DNA of 64,000 nt from Octopus vulgaris (lineage: Eukaryota): positions 19,034,001 through 19,098,000 of the forward strand of contig OX597815.1 in NCBI GenBank assembly GCA_951406725.2. The letters are read 5' to 3'. Position numbers and translations under genes: made by a program. The notes under the pieces were generated by a model. That model did not search any database and had not been told where the DNA came from. It was given only the letters and a program-made list of their open reading frames with translations. Shown here piece after piece: positions 11,130 to 22,889 of the stretch (its first letter is position 1; every line of letters begins with the position of its first letter).

Positions 11130-11412
11130 TAAGTTAAGTTAAGTTAATGTTTTGGCTCAAAAAGCAAACAGCAAGGCCATGTAGTGGGGACATGGAGTTA
11201 TGTACAGGGAGGGTATTCATGCAAAGAGTTCAGGCCATTTCTGGTCAAGAGAGACTTTGAAACGAGCGGTCATCGGCATCTTCACTATCTCGTCCGGCAG
11301 CTTATTCCACGGATCCGCAACCCGGACGGAGAAAGCCCCTCTCCTTCGATTGAGATGAAATCGTCGCAGATTGAGGAGCGTAGACTCAAACCCACCTGAA
11401 GACCGTTGTTCT
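11130..11412 (-). mobile_element. 5'-truncated CR1-like LINE 3' end with (AACTT)n tail and 8-bp TSD
   Basis: RRFHLNRRRGAFSVRVADPWNKLPDEIVKMPMTARFKVSLD; tail (aagtt)n on + at ~11126-11147; TSD cccaaagt at 11122-11129 and 11413-11420. Confidence 0.85.
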
Positions 11413-11580
11413 CCCAAAGTCTTCCTTAAACTTCTTGAGTGTATTGCGATTACAGGCCAGTTGTGCAGCGAGCTCACAGATTTTGGCTTCTCTGTCCGCG
11501 CATATCAATTCATCACCTTATTGGTAATTAGTGTCAGCAATGGCAATTGATGGTCTGCCACTGCTTGGTATGTTTTCAAT

Positions 11581-12147
11581 TAAGGCGACGAACTGGCAGA
11601 CACGTTAGCGCGCCGGGCGAAATGCTTAGCGGTATTTCGTCTGTCGTTACGTTGTGAGTTCAAATTCCGCCGAGGTTGACTTTGCCTTTCATCCTTTCGG
11701 GGTCGATAAATTAAGTACCAGTTCCGCACTGGGGTCGATGTAATCGACTTAATACCTATGTCTGTCCTTGTTTGTCCCCTCTGTGTTTAGCCCCTTGTGG
11801 GTAATAAAGAAATAGGTATTTCGTCTGCCGTTACGTTCTGAGTTCAAATTCCGCCGAGGTCGACTTTGCCTTTCATCCTTTCGGGGTCGATTAAATAAGT
11901 ACCAGTTACGCACTAGGGTCGATATAATCGACTCAATCCGTTTGTCTGTCTTTGTTTGTCCTCTCTGTGTTTAGCCCCTTGTGGGTAGTAAAGAAATAGG
12001 TACTTGCAGGTTGAGACAGCTAGATGGAGAGAAGGCTGAACCAGTAACCGTACGATGTACACTGGAGTCGATGTAATCGACTTAATACCTATGTCTGTCC
12101 TTGTTTGTCCCCTCTATGTTTAGCCCCTTGTGGTTAATAAAGAAATA
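11581..12147 (+). mobile_element. Multimeric SINE family A (head + two ~185 bp units + foreign spacer + partial unit) in one 14-bp TSD
   Basis: Units restart at ggtatttcgtctg (11631, 11816); TSD ggtatgttttcaat at 11567-11580 and 12148-12161. Confidence 0.85.
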
Positions 12148-12466
12148 GGTATGTTTTCAATGCTGAATACTGGTTTCCCCCTTCTCAAACATATTCATCC
12201 AACTGTGCACATTACTCTTGTAAATGCAGTAATCTCCCGTAAAGAACCTGGAGCTTTCTGTGATTATCAAACATCATGCTCCCTCGCAATAACAGTACAC
12301 TGTTTCTGCTTCGAAACTATAAACGACTGCCTTTACTTCCATTACAACCTTCACATAAACGCACTGAACAGAAATCCGTAGCACATATTGACGTCATTGC
12401 CTGTTCCTAAAAGTAGATACGAATTAAATCAAACGATGTTATGATCACTTTTAATACGGCCAATGG

Positions 12467-13515
12467 TACATACATACATACATACATACATTCATACATG
12501 TATACATACATACATACATACATGCATACATACATACATACATACATACATACATGTATACATACATACATACATACATACATACATACATACAAGCATA
12601 CATACATACATAGTACATACATACATACATACATACATTCATACATGTATACATACATACATACATACATACATACATACATACATACACACACATACAT
12701 ACATACATACATACAAACATACATACATACATACATACATGCATACATACATACATACATTCATACATGCATACATACATACATACATACTTAAATACAT
12801 ACATACATACATACATACATACATTCATACATGCATATATACATACATACATTCATACATGCATGCATACATACATACATACATACATACATCCATGCAT
12901 ACATACATACATACATACATACATACATACATACAAGCATACATACATACATAGTACATACATACATACATACATACATTCATACATGTATACATACATA
13001 CATACATACATACATACATGCATACACACACATACATACATACATACATACATACAAACATACATACATACATACATACATGCATACATACATACATACA
13101 TTCATACATGCATACATACATACATACATACTTAAATACATACATACATACATACATACATACATACATTCATACATGCATATATACATACATACATTCA
13201 TACATGCATGCATACATACATACATACATACATACATCCATGCATACATACATACATACATACATACATACATTTATACATGCATACATACATACATACA
13301 TACATACATACATACATCCATGCATTCATACATGCATACATACATACATACATACACACATACATCCATGCATACATACATTCATACATGCATACATACA
13401 TACATACATACATACAGACAGACATACATACACACATACATCCATGCATACATACATACATACATAATACATACATACATACAGACAGACTGACAGATCT
13501 ATCGATCGATCGAAC

Positions 13516-13567
<52 letters not shown>

Positions 13568-13580
13568 CATACATACATAG
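12467..13580. repeat. ~1.1 kb (TACA)n satellite ending in (GATA)n
   Basis: Directly visible; source of all the HTYI/MYVC ORFs. Confidence 0.95.
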
Positions 13581-13599
13581 ATAAGAAGAGCCTTTAATC

Positions 13600-13774
13600 T
13601 TTCATTTATTACTTGTCACGGTTATTGTGCTGTGGCCATGCTAGAGCAGAGCCTTCATGGGTTTAATCGCACGAATCAACCCCGGCACCTATTTTTAAGT
13701 CTGGCACTCATGATATCGTTCTTTCGAGAGCAAAGGAGAGACGCAAGCACACAAACACACAGACACACACGCGC

Positions 13775-13775
<1 letters not shown>
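13600..13775 (-). mobile_element. SINE family B 3' fragment
   Basis: tgtggccatgctagagcagagcctt...aatcaacccc...caaacacacagacacac. Confidence 0.55.
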
Positions 13776-13850
<75 letters not shown>

Positions 13851-13857
<7 letters not shown>

Positions 13858-14004
13858 AAGAGATTCGTTATAGTTATAAGAATATACCAGAAACTGCATT
13901 AAATCCACTTTTATAATAAATCTATTTCTGTTTAAAATCTTTTCTCCATTTTTTATAATTATTTCTGGTATATTCTTATACCCATAACGAATCTCCTCAA
14001 ATAT
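13851..14004. repeat. Fold-back inverted repeat (~43 bp arms) next to (TA)n
   Basis: atatttgaagagattcgttatagttataagaatataccagaaa / tttctggtatattcttatacccataacgaatctcctcaaatat. Confidence 0.85.
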
Positions 14005-14139
14005 CATTTTCATATTCTTATTACCTGTTTTGGATGAATTTTTATGAATATGATGAATCCTTATTAGAAATCCCCTTTTCTCTCTTTTTGTCTGATCCCC
14101 CAAAAAGTTTGAATTGTTCTCTTTGAACTTACCTTTTCT

Positions 14140-14175
<36 letters not shown>

Positions 14176-14232
14176 AATAGAAATATTATTATTTCTAAGT
14201 TTCACTAAAAGAGATTACGGCAGCGGTACTGG

Positions 14233-14385
14233 ATATTAATAGTTATCGCCAAGCTAATATGGCAGTCCATAAATATAGAACGAAAGCTGCCGTTGATGAG
14301 CCTCTTGGAAAGAGCCTCTTGGAGCTTATCAACAGTAGCTTTCGTCCTATATCTATGAACTGCCATATTAGCTTGGCTATAACTA

Positions 14386-14392
<7 letters not shown>
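14233..14392. repeat. Fold-back inverted repeat (~68 bp arms) next to (TA)n
   Basis: atattaatagttatcgccaagctaatatggcagtccat...gttgatgagc / gcttatcaac...atgaactgccatattagcttggctataactattaatat. Confidence 0.9.
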
Positions 14393-14432
<40 letters not shown>

Positions 14433-14490
14433 TATTTTGATTTACTGTTGGCTGACCTTTGGCCAACAGTGTATGTTTTTATTCATGTTA

Positions 14491-14527
<37 letters not shown>

Positions 14528-14530
<3 letters not shown>

Positions 14531-14660
14531 ACGGGCTTCCATACATTTTATGTCTATCAATTTTACTGGCAAGGCATTGATCGGAACGGGGCTATAGTAG
14601 AAGGCACGCACTCGAGGTGCCGCACATATGGGACTGAAGTCGAAACGCATGACTGCAAGC
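14528..14660 (-). mobile_element. SINE family B head fragment
   Basis: acgggcttc...ggctatagtagaaggcac...aggtgccgcac.tgggactgaa. Confidence 0.6.
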
Positions 14661-14859
14661 GATTGAAGATGAAACATACTGATATGTCAGACAAAATGAA
14701 AGAAATTTTCATTCAGAAACCGTGTGTAACTTTTTAAAAGTACACCACATCTCTGCACAAGCAACACCAAGCGAATGTTTCATCAAAAAGAAACTGTCGA
14801 CATTAAAACTGCATTAGTTTAGAGATTAGATGTTCAATCTTCCAAGAAGAATTATTGAA

Positions 14860-15128
14860 AACAATGATCTGCAAAATCTAGGTCAGAAGATATTGGCTGC
14901 AACAAGCAAGAGTTCTCCAGCGGAACCTATATATAGCAAGCTACTAAGGTCTGAATAGGGCACTGGTGCAGGCTATACAGGAAGCATGAAAAACGAATCA
15001 ATATCTTAGATTCCAGCAGTCTGGAATATACATAGAATTCTACCCAGTGCGTAATGTTGCAACTGGCTAGTTAATTGGCAGGGTTTGTTGTGAGTAATAG
15101 GAAGTTGGAGAAGTATTTAACGATTACC

Positions 15129-15176
<48 letters not shown>
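14860..15176 (+). mobile_element. Heavily decayed R4/Dong-like (RLE) LINE C-terminal remnant followed by (TAA)n
   Basis: Frameshifted ILAA..Q.. and CRLYRKHEKRINILDSS resemble the ILAAQEQ...CRxC...ETIxHIxSGC zinc-knuckle region; (AAT)n at 15129-15176. Confidence 0.35.
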
Positions 15177-15189
15177 CGTGTGTCTCAAA

Positions 15190-15362
15190 TATTGGCATAA
15201 CGTTGGCAGTTTTATTGGGAAGGAGTTATTCGATTCGATTACATCGACTCCAGTACTTAACTGGTACTTTATTTTATCGACCTCGAAAGGATGAAAGGCA
15301 AAGTTGATCTCAGCGATATTTGAACTCAGAATGTAAAGAGCACGCTCTAATGATTATGCCAA
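15190..15362 (-). mobile_element. SINE family A fragment
   Basis: ctggtacttttattttatcgacctcgaaaggatgaaaggcaaagttga...tttgaactcagaa. Confidence 0.75.
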
Positions 15363-15434
15363 TAATGATACACAGTTTGTATTTTGGAAAATATGTTGTT
15401 TTTTTTTTTTAGTTTCTATTTATGTTCTACCTAG

Positions 15435-15704
15435 GTTATCTAGCTGTGACTATGCCATTTGTAAATACTGACGTATCGAATATTATTATCGAATATGCCC
15501 TTTATTTTCTGAAGTCGGTAAGAGCGTCGTTTCCAAGAGATTCGTTAGCTAGCAGGCTGGGCGATCACGCAGAATTTCTTATCGAGGTTCGATTTTGAGA
15601 AACATTTACCATGATATAAAAAAACTGAATTCTGACGTTTGGTTTATTACTTTACCAATTCTGTAACTTGTCTTTTGCAGAAACATGGGCTACCAATATG
15701 TTAG
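15435..15704 (+). CDS. Candidate exon pair (15435-15517 and 15681-15704) of an unknown gene
   Basis: ttctacctag|GT TAT...TCG|gtaaga, then ttgtcttttgcag|AAACAT...TAG; in frame gives (G)YLAVTMPFVNTDVSNIIIEYALYFLKS+KHGLPIC*. Splice signals and open frame only; no recognised homology. Confidence 0.25.
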
Positions 15705-16059
15705 TTATCGTAAGACTATAGTTTGTCTTCTGTATTTGCTCAATATTCTTCCTTGTAAAATTAATAATCTTACAGCATAAAGCTTAATAGTAAGTGAAAC
15801 AATACAATTAATAATCTAATTGTTTAAGTAAATGAATAGCCTATTCTCGGAATTATAGGGAAAGTAACTGAGAATTTTACTAACACTCTGTACACATGAT
15901 GTAATCCACGGGAAGGATTCGTAAGACATTGTGTGCTACAAGAAGGGGCCTATGAATTACAGATACCAGAGAACCGACTAGCTTGTATACAGACTTCGTC
16001 TGCCTAATTATACAAATGGAGTCTACAAATAAAAAAAAAAGAAAAATAACGAAAATTAT

Positions 16060-16140
16060 AAGGCCAGCAAAACCCTGCGGGATCGAACTCGTAACATTGC
16101 AATAACAGAGCAATCTTTTTAACCACCAGGCCAAAATCAA
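16060..16140 (-). mobile_element. tRNA-like SINE head remnant
   Basis: Reverse complement tggcctggtggttaa...gagttcgatcccgc gives A and B boxes. Confidence 0.45.
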
Positions 16141-16558
16141 CCACACAGTACATACATACACTCAGCTACATAAAGTGTGTGTGTATGTGTGTGTGTGTGT
16201 GTGTGTACATGTGTGTATATGAAGAGTGGTGTGTGTATGAAGAGCGGTGTGTGTATGAATATGTTTGTTTCACAAACAAGAAAACGTGAGTCAATAAATG
16301 TGGAGTATAATGATTCTAATAAAGCGAGTAATACCCTACATCTATACCCAGTATATTCGTTCGATACAGTATTGCTGGGGTTGATATGAACGAATTTAAT
16401 TTCTCTTCACTCCAGGAATATTCATATGATCGGGGAACTCGGAGTTAATATTAACTATCATTATCAAAATATATTAACAAGATAGATAGATAGATAGATA
16501 GATGTTATATGATATATAAGTATATATATATATGTGTGTGTGTGTGTGTATGTGTATG

Positions 16559-16596
<38 letters not shown>

Positions 16597-16780
16597 CATA
16601 TCCATATATATATATATGTGTGTGTGTGTGTATGTACATACATAGATATATAGCTGCCAATTAATGCTTGTAGCGTCTATTTCTCGATATCTTCTATGCA
16701 CAATTTATATCCATGCATGTTTATGCCTTTGCGTGTGCGTGTGTTCGCGCGCGTCTGTATAAATACATGCATATATATAA

Positions 16781-16826
<46 letters not shown>

Positions 16827-17069
16827 CATGGTAGTTTTATATAAGCTTAAAGCTTATGGCGATCACCTTGCAATGACTTAGGAAAAGTCTAATAAAGGGG
16901 CATATAAGCCCTGAGTATTAAGGTTATATAAAAATACCATTATTATTATTTACAGGATTGTAAAAAAACGGTGCCGTATAAAAAGCTATTCGCACCGAAA
17001 ACATATATATATACATATATATGCACATAGATATATAGGAATATATACATATACATATTTATATCTATA

Positions 17070-17167
<98 letters not shown>

Positions 17168-17223
17168 CATATATATGCACATAGATATATAGGAATATAT
17201 ACATATACATATTTATATCTATA

Positions 17224-17261
<38 letters not shown>

Positions 17262-19011
17262 CAAATAAATATATGCATGTAGATATATATACATTTATAT
17301 ATATGGATATATATGCGTATGTAGAGAGAAAGAGAGTGAGAGAAAGCACCATTCACACACATATGTATATGCATACATACACATATATAGATAGATAGAT
17401 ACATGCATGCATCACGTATGCATACTTCAGTGAATGCATGTTTACTTCGGGAATCTCATCTATATACTAAATTTTTTGGCATCATCTTATACACTCTACA
17501 CTTTCGTGTGTGTATACAACATATGCCTCTCTCTCTATAAAGTATGTATAATATAAACAGTGTTTGAGAACTCAGTATTTTATGTAGAGAGGGAATAAAG
17601 AATCTATCATCTATTAAGCATCGTTTTCTCATGATTTCGATAGTTGAACCATGGAAGGAAACGGTTCGCCTGGCAACCAGCTCCCAATGACATCACAACC
17701 GGAAACATGATGTCATATATTTCACATGAACACAGTAAAAGCCAGAGTAAACGCTATTTGAGTTATAGCTGTTTACTCTTCTTTTCCCCGCGAAAATCTC
17801 ACCTGATGTGTTGCACAGTTCGGCTGAGGTTTTATGTAGTATCGTAGCAGATTTCTAAACCAATGCATACTATGAATGTACGTAGGCACGGTGGGGAAAA
17901 ATTAAAACACAAAAAGATCGATAGGAGAGGATGTTAGCGTTAAATAGCGCGTGTATACATTCATACACAGGCATACACACACACACACGTACACAGAAGC
18001 ATAGAGGAGGCATCGTGTAAATATTAAAACAAAGACAAGCATACACACAGACACAATTGCACTAACTATAGCACTATGACGTGTACAGGCGGTGCATGCG
18101 TACACACATACACACATACACACGCGCGCATACACATACACGTACATACACTCTCTTGCATACACAGACACGAATGCACTTTTAAAATGTTGCACAGAAA
18201 TTCAAGCACATTCATAGGGACACACACACACATACATACGTTGTGTCTATGAGCATAAAGCTTTTAATCCGTAATAATCTTCATACAGGTGAAGGGGTAA
18301 TGTAAACAGAAAAGAATTATCTCCCCTTCATTGATGCGTTTCTTCAGTTCTCTTCAGAGGAAGAACAGACGAAGGCTTTTGCATCTCTTTAACAAGCGTT
18401 TTGAGTAATTTCAACGCTGAGGATTCGTTCGATCTTGAGAATTAATTTCCACAATACATCAATAACCAAACATCACAGAGAAAATGTGAATAAAATATTT
18501 GCTGATATGATTTAATTAATTTTTGATCGCAGAGCAGCCTTATGATGTTTTCATTTTTTTTTCCTTGCCGCGGATACGTTATTACTTTCGAACCGAATTC
18601 CTTGCTTTAAGAACAGCGTTAATTAAAAACCTCTTTAAAACTGGTATAACATGGTAGTCATATGGAAGGAGAAAGTCTGTGATGAAGAACGTGTTTTTTT
18701 GTTTACTCCTTTCGTGTATATATATATTTTTTCTTCTCTCTTTTTTTTTCTAGTTTACAATATTAGCAATGGGCATTACAGAGGAGTATATATTTACACG
18801 TTTGTTTCTATAACTAATACACATTTAAGGATTCCATTATAGATTAACTTTAGGGTTAACGTGTTGTCTGCAACTTCATGTATTCCACATTTCTTTGATT
18901 TAACTTGATACCTCTAGGAAAACTGAGACTTAAAATTCGATGCGTTAAGTTCTTAGACATTTACGCACGGGTTGGCCAAATGGCTAATTCTTTTTAAATA
19001 TGTGCTCTTAC

Positions 19012-19400
19012 TAAGGTGGCGAGCTGGCAGAAACGTTAGCACGCCGGGCGAAATGCTTAGCTGTATCTCGTCTGGCTTTACGTTCTGAGTTCAAATTCCG
19101 CCGACGTCGACTTTACCTTTTATGTTCTTGGGGTCGATAAATTAAGTACCAGTTGCGTACTGGTGTCGATAAAACGACTTAATCCATTGGTCTATCCTTG
19201 TTTGTCCTCTCTGTGTCTAGCCCCTCGTGGGTAGTAAAGAAATGGGTATTTCGTCTGTCTTTTCGTTTTGAGTTTAAATTCTGTTGGGGTCGACTTTGCC
19301 TTCCATCCTTTCGGGGTCGATAAATTAAGTACTATTTGCGTACTAGCGTCGATCTAATCGACTGGACCCCTCCGCCAAAATTTCGTAGATTCGAAAAGAG
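19012..19400 (+). mobile_element. Dimeric SINE family A
   Basis: Head, unit, junction aaagaaatg|ggtatttcgtctg at ~19245, second unit and tail. Confidence 0.85.
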
Positions 19401-20906
19401 TATTTGCTGTTCCTTCTGGCGTAAGACATTTATAGACAACAATCAAGGAGATCGTTCTTTATTTTGTAATTTTTAAGACAATTAAATACAAATAACAACC
19501 CCAAGCCAATGAAAAAACTAGAAACAACAGCCAAGTATTCCTCAAATTGCGCGTCTAAAAACCGAAAGGAGATAACGAAACGAATTCCAATTACTTACCT
19601 AAATAGACGAGATGAACATAAAGAGAATGAAGACGTCTATTTTGTCACTTCTAACTAGGAGTATATAGTATAACATTGCAATCACACGTGTGTACGTTAT
19701 ATAAAGATTGATTAAATTAAACGCCGTTTTCGAGTCTTCCAAGTAAATGCAATGCAAATGGATCTACTCCACAGGTTACCCTACTATAAACTAATTGGTT
19801 TGGAATTGAATCTTTCAGTAGACTCTACCTTATTCTTATGAAGATATGAAGTCATTAGTAGAGACAATCTGACTCGAAGATTGTGGGGGTAACTTAGAAA
19901 TTTGTACATATAGCGATTTTAAGTATATATTTTTTCGCATTGAGAAAGGTGTTAAATGGCGAGATACATAAAGCCAACGGAGGTAACGACAGAGAAAGAT
20001 TTACGAAATATTGATGTAGAGAATTCTTCGTTGCCTGGAAAGCATGATTGTTGCTTGGCCACAGATCATCTCTGAGACATCAGGCCTATTAGGATAAGCC
20101 CGCAGCGGTGCCCATTAGTCTATTTTGTAAGCAAGGCCTACATCGACAACTGCTTCCTTCCTTTCTGTTTGCAGCAAAGTGTAATTTGACGGAGCTTTGG
20201 TGACTACTTCTAGTTGGTTATTAGATCCACCTATTGTATACAGACTCCTTTAGCTGTTGCTTTATAGACCCAGCTTATACTTGATCCAGCCGATATACGG
20301 TAAATGTTATCGTTGTTTGGAAAATTTCTCTGTGTTATCGACCTGCAATGTCCCATACGCCTAATTTTTCAACCTTACTGTGATTGATATAATGGAGATC
20401 TAGTTCCTGTTTCTAGTAGAGAGTGACTGAGAAAATGTTCCCATGATTGCGTGTAGGACATCCATCATAGTCTTAATTAACTAACCCTTCTGTATTGTCT
20501 TGAGCACCCCTTTGTATATATTTCCTGTTATGCTTAAAAGCGATGCCTGTTACTAGAATTTTACTAAAATAGCTAAAATTCCTTATTAGAGTTTCCGCGT
20601 AAGTAGTCTCAGGACAGCCTATTTTCTATGAGTATCAAGTCGTATAATGTGTAATAATGAAATCAAACGGAATAATGGTATTTTGAAAGCATTTAATACA
20701 CACCATTCAGATCTGCTGATATATAATAGGAAATATACCATTTACGCAAATCCTTACTTACTCAGTTAACACATTTCTAAATCTTATATTTTGAACTGCA
20801 CTAATTGAGATATGCGTTGCAGAAGGGATATATTGCGTACTATATACTACTCAGAGGGGGAACATACGTATTACATGTTTGCCATATGATTATTACAACT
20901 AGTGTT

Positions 20907-21298
20907 AAGGCGGCGAGATGGCAGAAATGTTAGCACACCGGGCGAAAGGCCTAGCGGTATTTTGTCTGCCACTACGTTCTGAGTTCAAATTCCGCCGAGG
21001 TCGACTTTGCCTTTCATCCTTTCGGGGTCGATTAAATAAGTACCAGTCACGCACTGGGGTCGATATAATCGACTTAATCCGTTTGTCTGTCCTTGTTTGT
21101 CCCCTCTGTATGTAGCCCCTTGTGGGCAGTAAAGAAATAGGTATTTCATCTGCTGTTACGTTCTGAGTTCAAATTCCGCCGAGGACGACTTTGCCTTTCA
21201 TCATTTCGGTGTTGATGAAAAAGTACCAGTTATGGACCGGGGTTGATATAATCGACTTATCCCCTTCCCCCAAAGGTCTGGTGCCTATTGTAGAAATA
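20907..21298 (+). mobile_element. Dimeric SINE family A with 18-bp TSD
   Basis: Junction aaagaaata|ggtatttcatctg at ~21140; TSD attattacaacta(g/c)tgtt at 20889-20906 and 21299-21316. Confidence 0.85.
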
Positions 21299-21619
21299 AT
21301 TATTACAACTACTGTTTTTGTATGAATTGAAAAGTTGCCCATGTTCTATGTCAGATCTATACAAATATAATTTCCATTTAGTTCTCTATTTTGCATGAAA
21401 AATACTAATCTATATCTTTTTTCTTACTAGGTAAGTTCCATTTCGAAGATATTAGATGTTACAATAAACCCCCAAAGTAAAGGATTTATGGTAAGTAATA
21501 GTAATTTCTATACACACAGCCTTGCTGGGAGCTTTCTATTAAATACACAGCCTCAGATTTCAAACACTTTGAACTGTTATTTATGACAGCAGTAAGTCTT
21601 AACGTTCTAGCTCACTTAC

Positions 21620-22235
21620 GCTGTTTACAGCAGTGCTTGGAATAAAGGTGTGTAGCGTGTAATCGTCGCATTAACCATGACAGAGAATGTCGTCATGGCG
21701 GTAACTGCTTAAAGGCCAACTGAAAGTGGCAGAAAATGTATGGGGAGGAGTGTATGAGCCGCACAGAGTGGTTCAAACGTTTCCAAGATGGCCCAAAAAA
21801 TTTCGATATTGAAGAGCGTGCTGGCCGACCCGCAACCAGCAGGACTGAGAAAAACATCGCAGATGCGCGTGCAGCTGTGAGGGGAAATTGTCGAATCACC
21901 ATCCATGAGTTATCAGAGGATGTGCAGATTAGTTACGGTTTAGTTCAATCCATGATCACTGAAGGTTTATGCGTGAGACGAGTGTCTGCCAACTATGTGG
22001 TAATTACTATTACTTTCTGCTGACCAAAAAGACACACGGGTTTCAGTTGCACAAGATCTCTTTGATTGTGTCGAGAACAATGAAAACTTTTTGAAAACTT
22101 TGCGTAGGCCTCTGAACAGGTATCGCCAAGCCTTTGGAAAAATTTGATGCAGATTTTCTGCTCAACTTTCTCCATCATGGTGAATATGACGATCACACAC
22201 TACACACCTTCCTGCCAAGAACTGCCGTAAACAGC
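21620..22235 (+). pseudogene. Mariner transposase N-terminal remnant (HTH region) with an inverted copy of its own 5' end
   Basis: MYGEECMSRTEWFKRFQDG...EERAGRPATSRTEKNI...RITIHELSEDVQISYGLVQSMITEGLCVRRVSA on +; 22099-22235 on - encodes MMEKVEQKICIKFFQRLGDTCSEAYAK. Confidence 0.85.
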
Positions 22236-22638
22236 AGAAATATGTATCTATAAAGGAAGAAAAATGCGCACAATTGACATAATTTACATAGCATTTTTAA
22301 TATATTTCAGAAGTGAAAGAATATTGTGTTTGTCGGACGGTTTCGCTTTCGTTAATCATAACATTAAAATTATTGTAATTTAGTATTTTCTTAATAAGAT
22401 TTTAGTCCATGTTGTGTATAGGAGTTGGTGAATTGATTCTTTGGACTTTAGATAGGGAAAACTGTGAAGTTTTATTAGATATTACCTGCACATCTCTCTG
22501 TGTGTTCACTCAAAGGAACTGCGTTAAACGCATCTCTTCCGTATGTAGTGTATATACATCTGTATATATATATATATACATACAGATATATATAATATAT
22601 ATATACACATACTATATATATATATATACACACACACT

Positions 22639-22690
<52 letters not shown>

Positions 22691-22721
22691 ATATATATGT
22701 ATATATATATGTCTGTGTGTA

Positions 22722-22752
<31 letters not shown>

Positions 22753-22889
22753 ATATATGTATGTATGTATATATATATATACACACACACAGTTGTAGTC
22801 TCTCGGCGCAAGAACGACTACTCAACAATTTCTTTCACACCAATGTGCATAAATAACTTGTTTATAGGAATCGAATATCTGCACTGCAC

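Larger units (their letters stand above)
10560..12468 (-). pseudogene. Decayed mariner (DD34D-type) transposon split by two retroelement insertions
   Basis: Minus-strand pieces in the expected order: HRKLQVLYG..CIYKSNVHSWMNMFEKGETSI (~12170-12270); IENIPSSGRPSIAIADTN..DELICADREAKICELAAQL..EDFG (11413-11580); DEIYLYDPKSKVQSME* (~10950-10990); HYNAR; FHLFGPVK (~10610-10640). TIR-like end ending in TA near 12468. Confidence 0.8.

Noticed and set aside
11631-12147. Repeat-spacer-like layout suggestive of a CRISPR array
   Set aside because: Units are ~185 bp SINE bodies in eukaryotic DNA, with no regular unique spacers and no cas genes.
12407-13578. Long ORFs of HTYI/MYVC repeats, and all YI/IY, poly-N, poly-D, poly-S and poly-M ORFs in the window
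   Set aside because: Translations of (TACA)n, (TA)n, (ATT)n and (ATC)n microsatellites that lack stop codons by composition.
16887-16922. ctaataa-agggg..ccc-tgagtattaagg as a hammerhead relic
   Set aside because: Too many core substitutions to support from a single copy.
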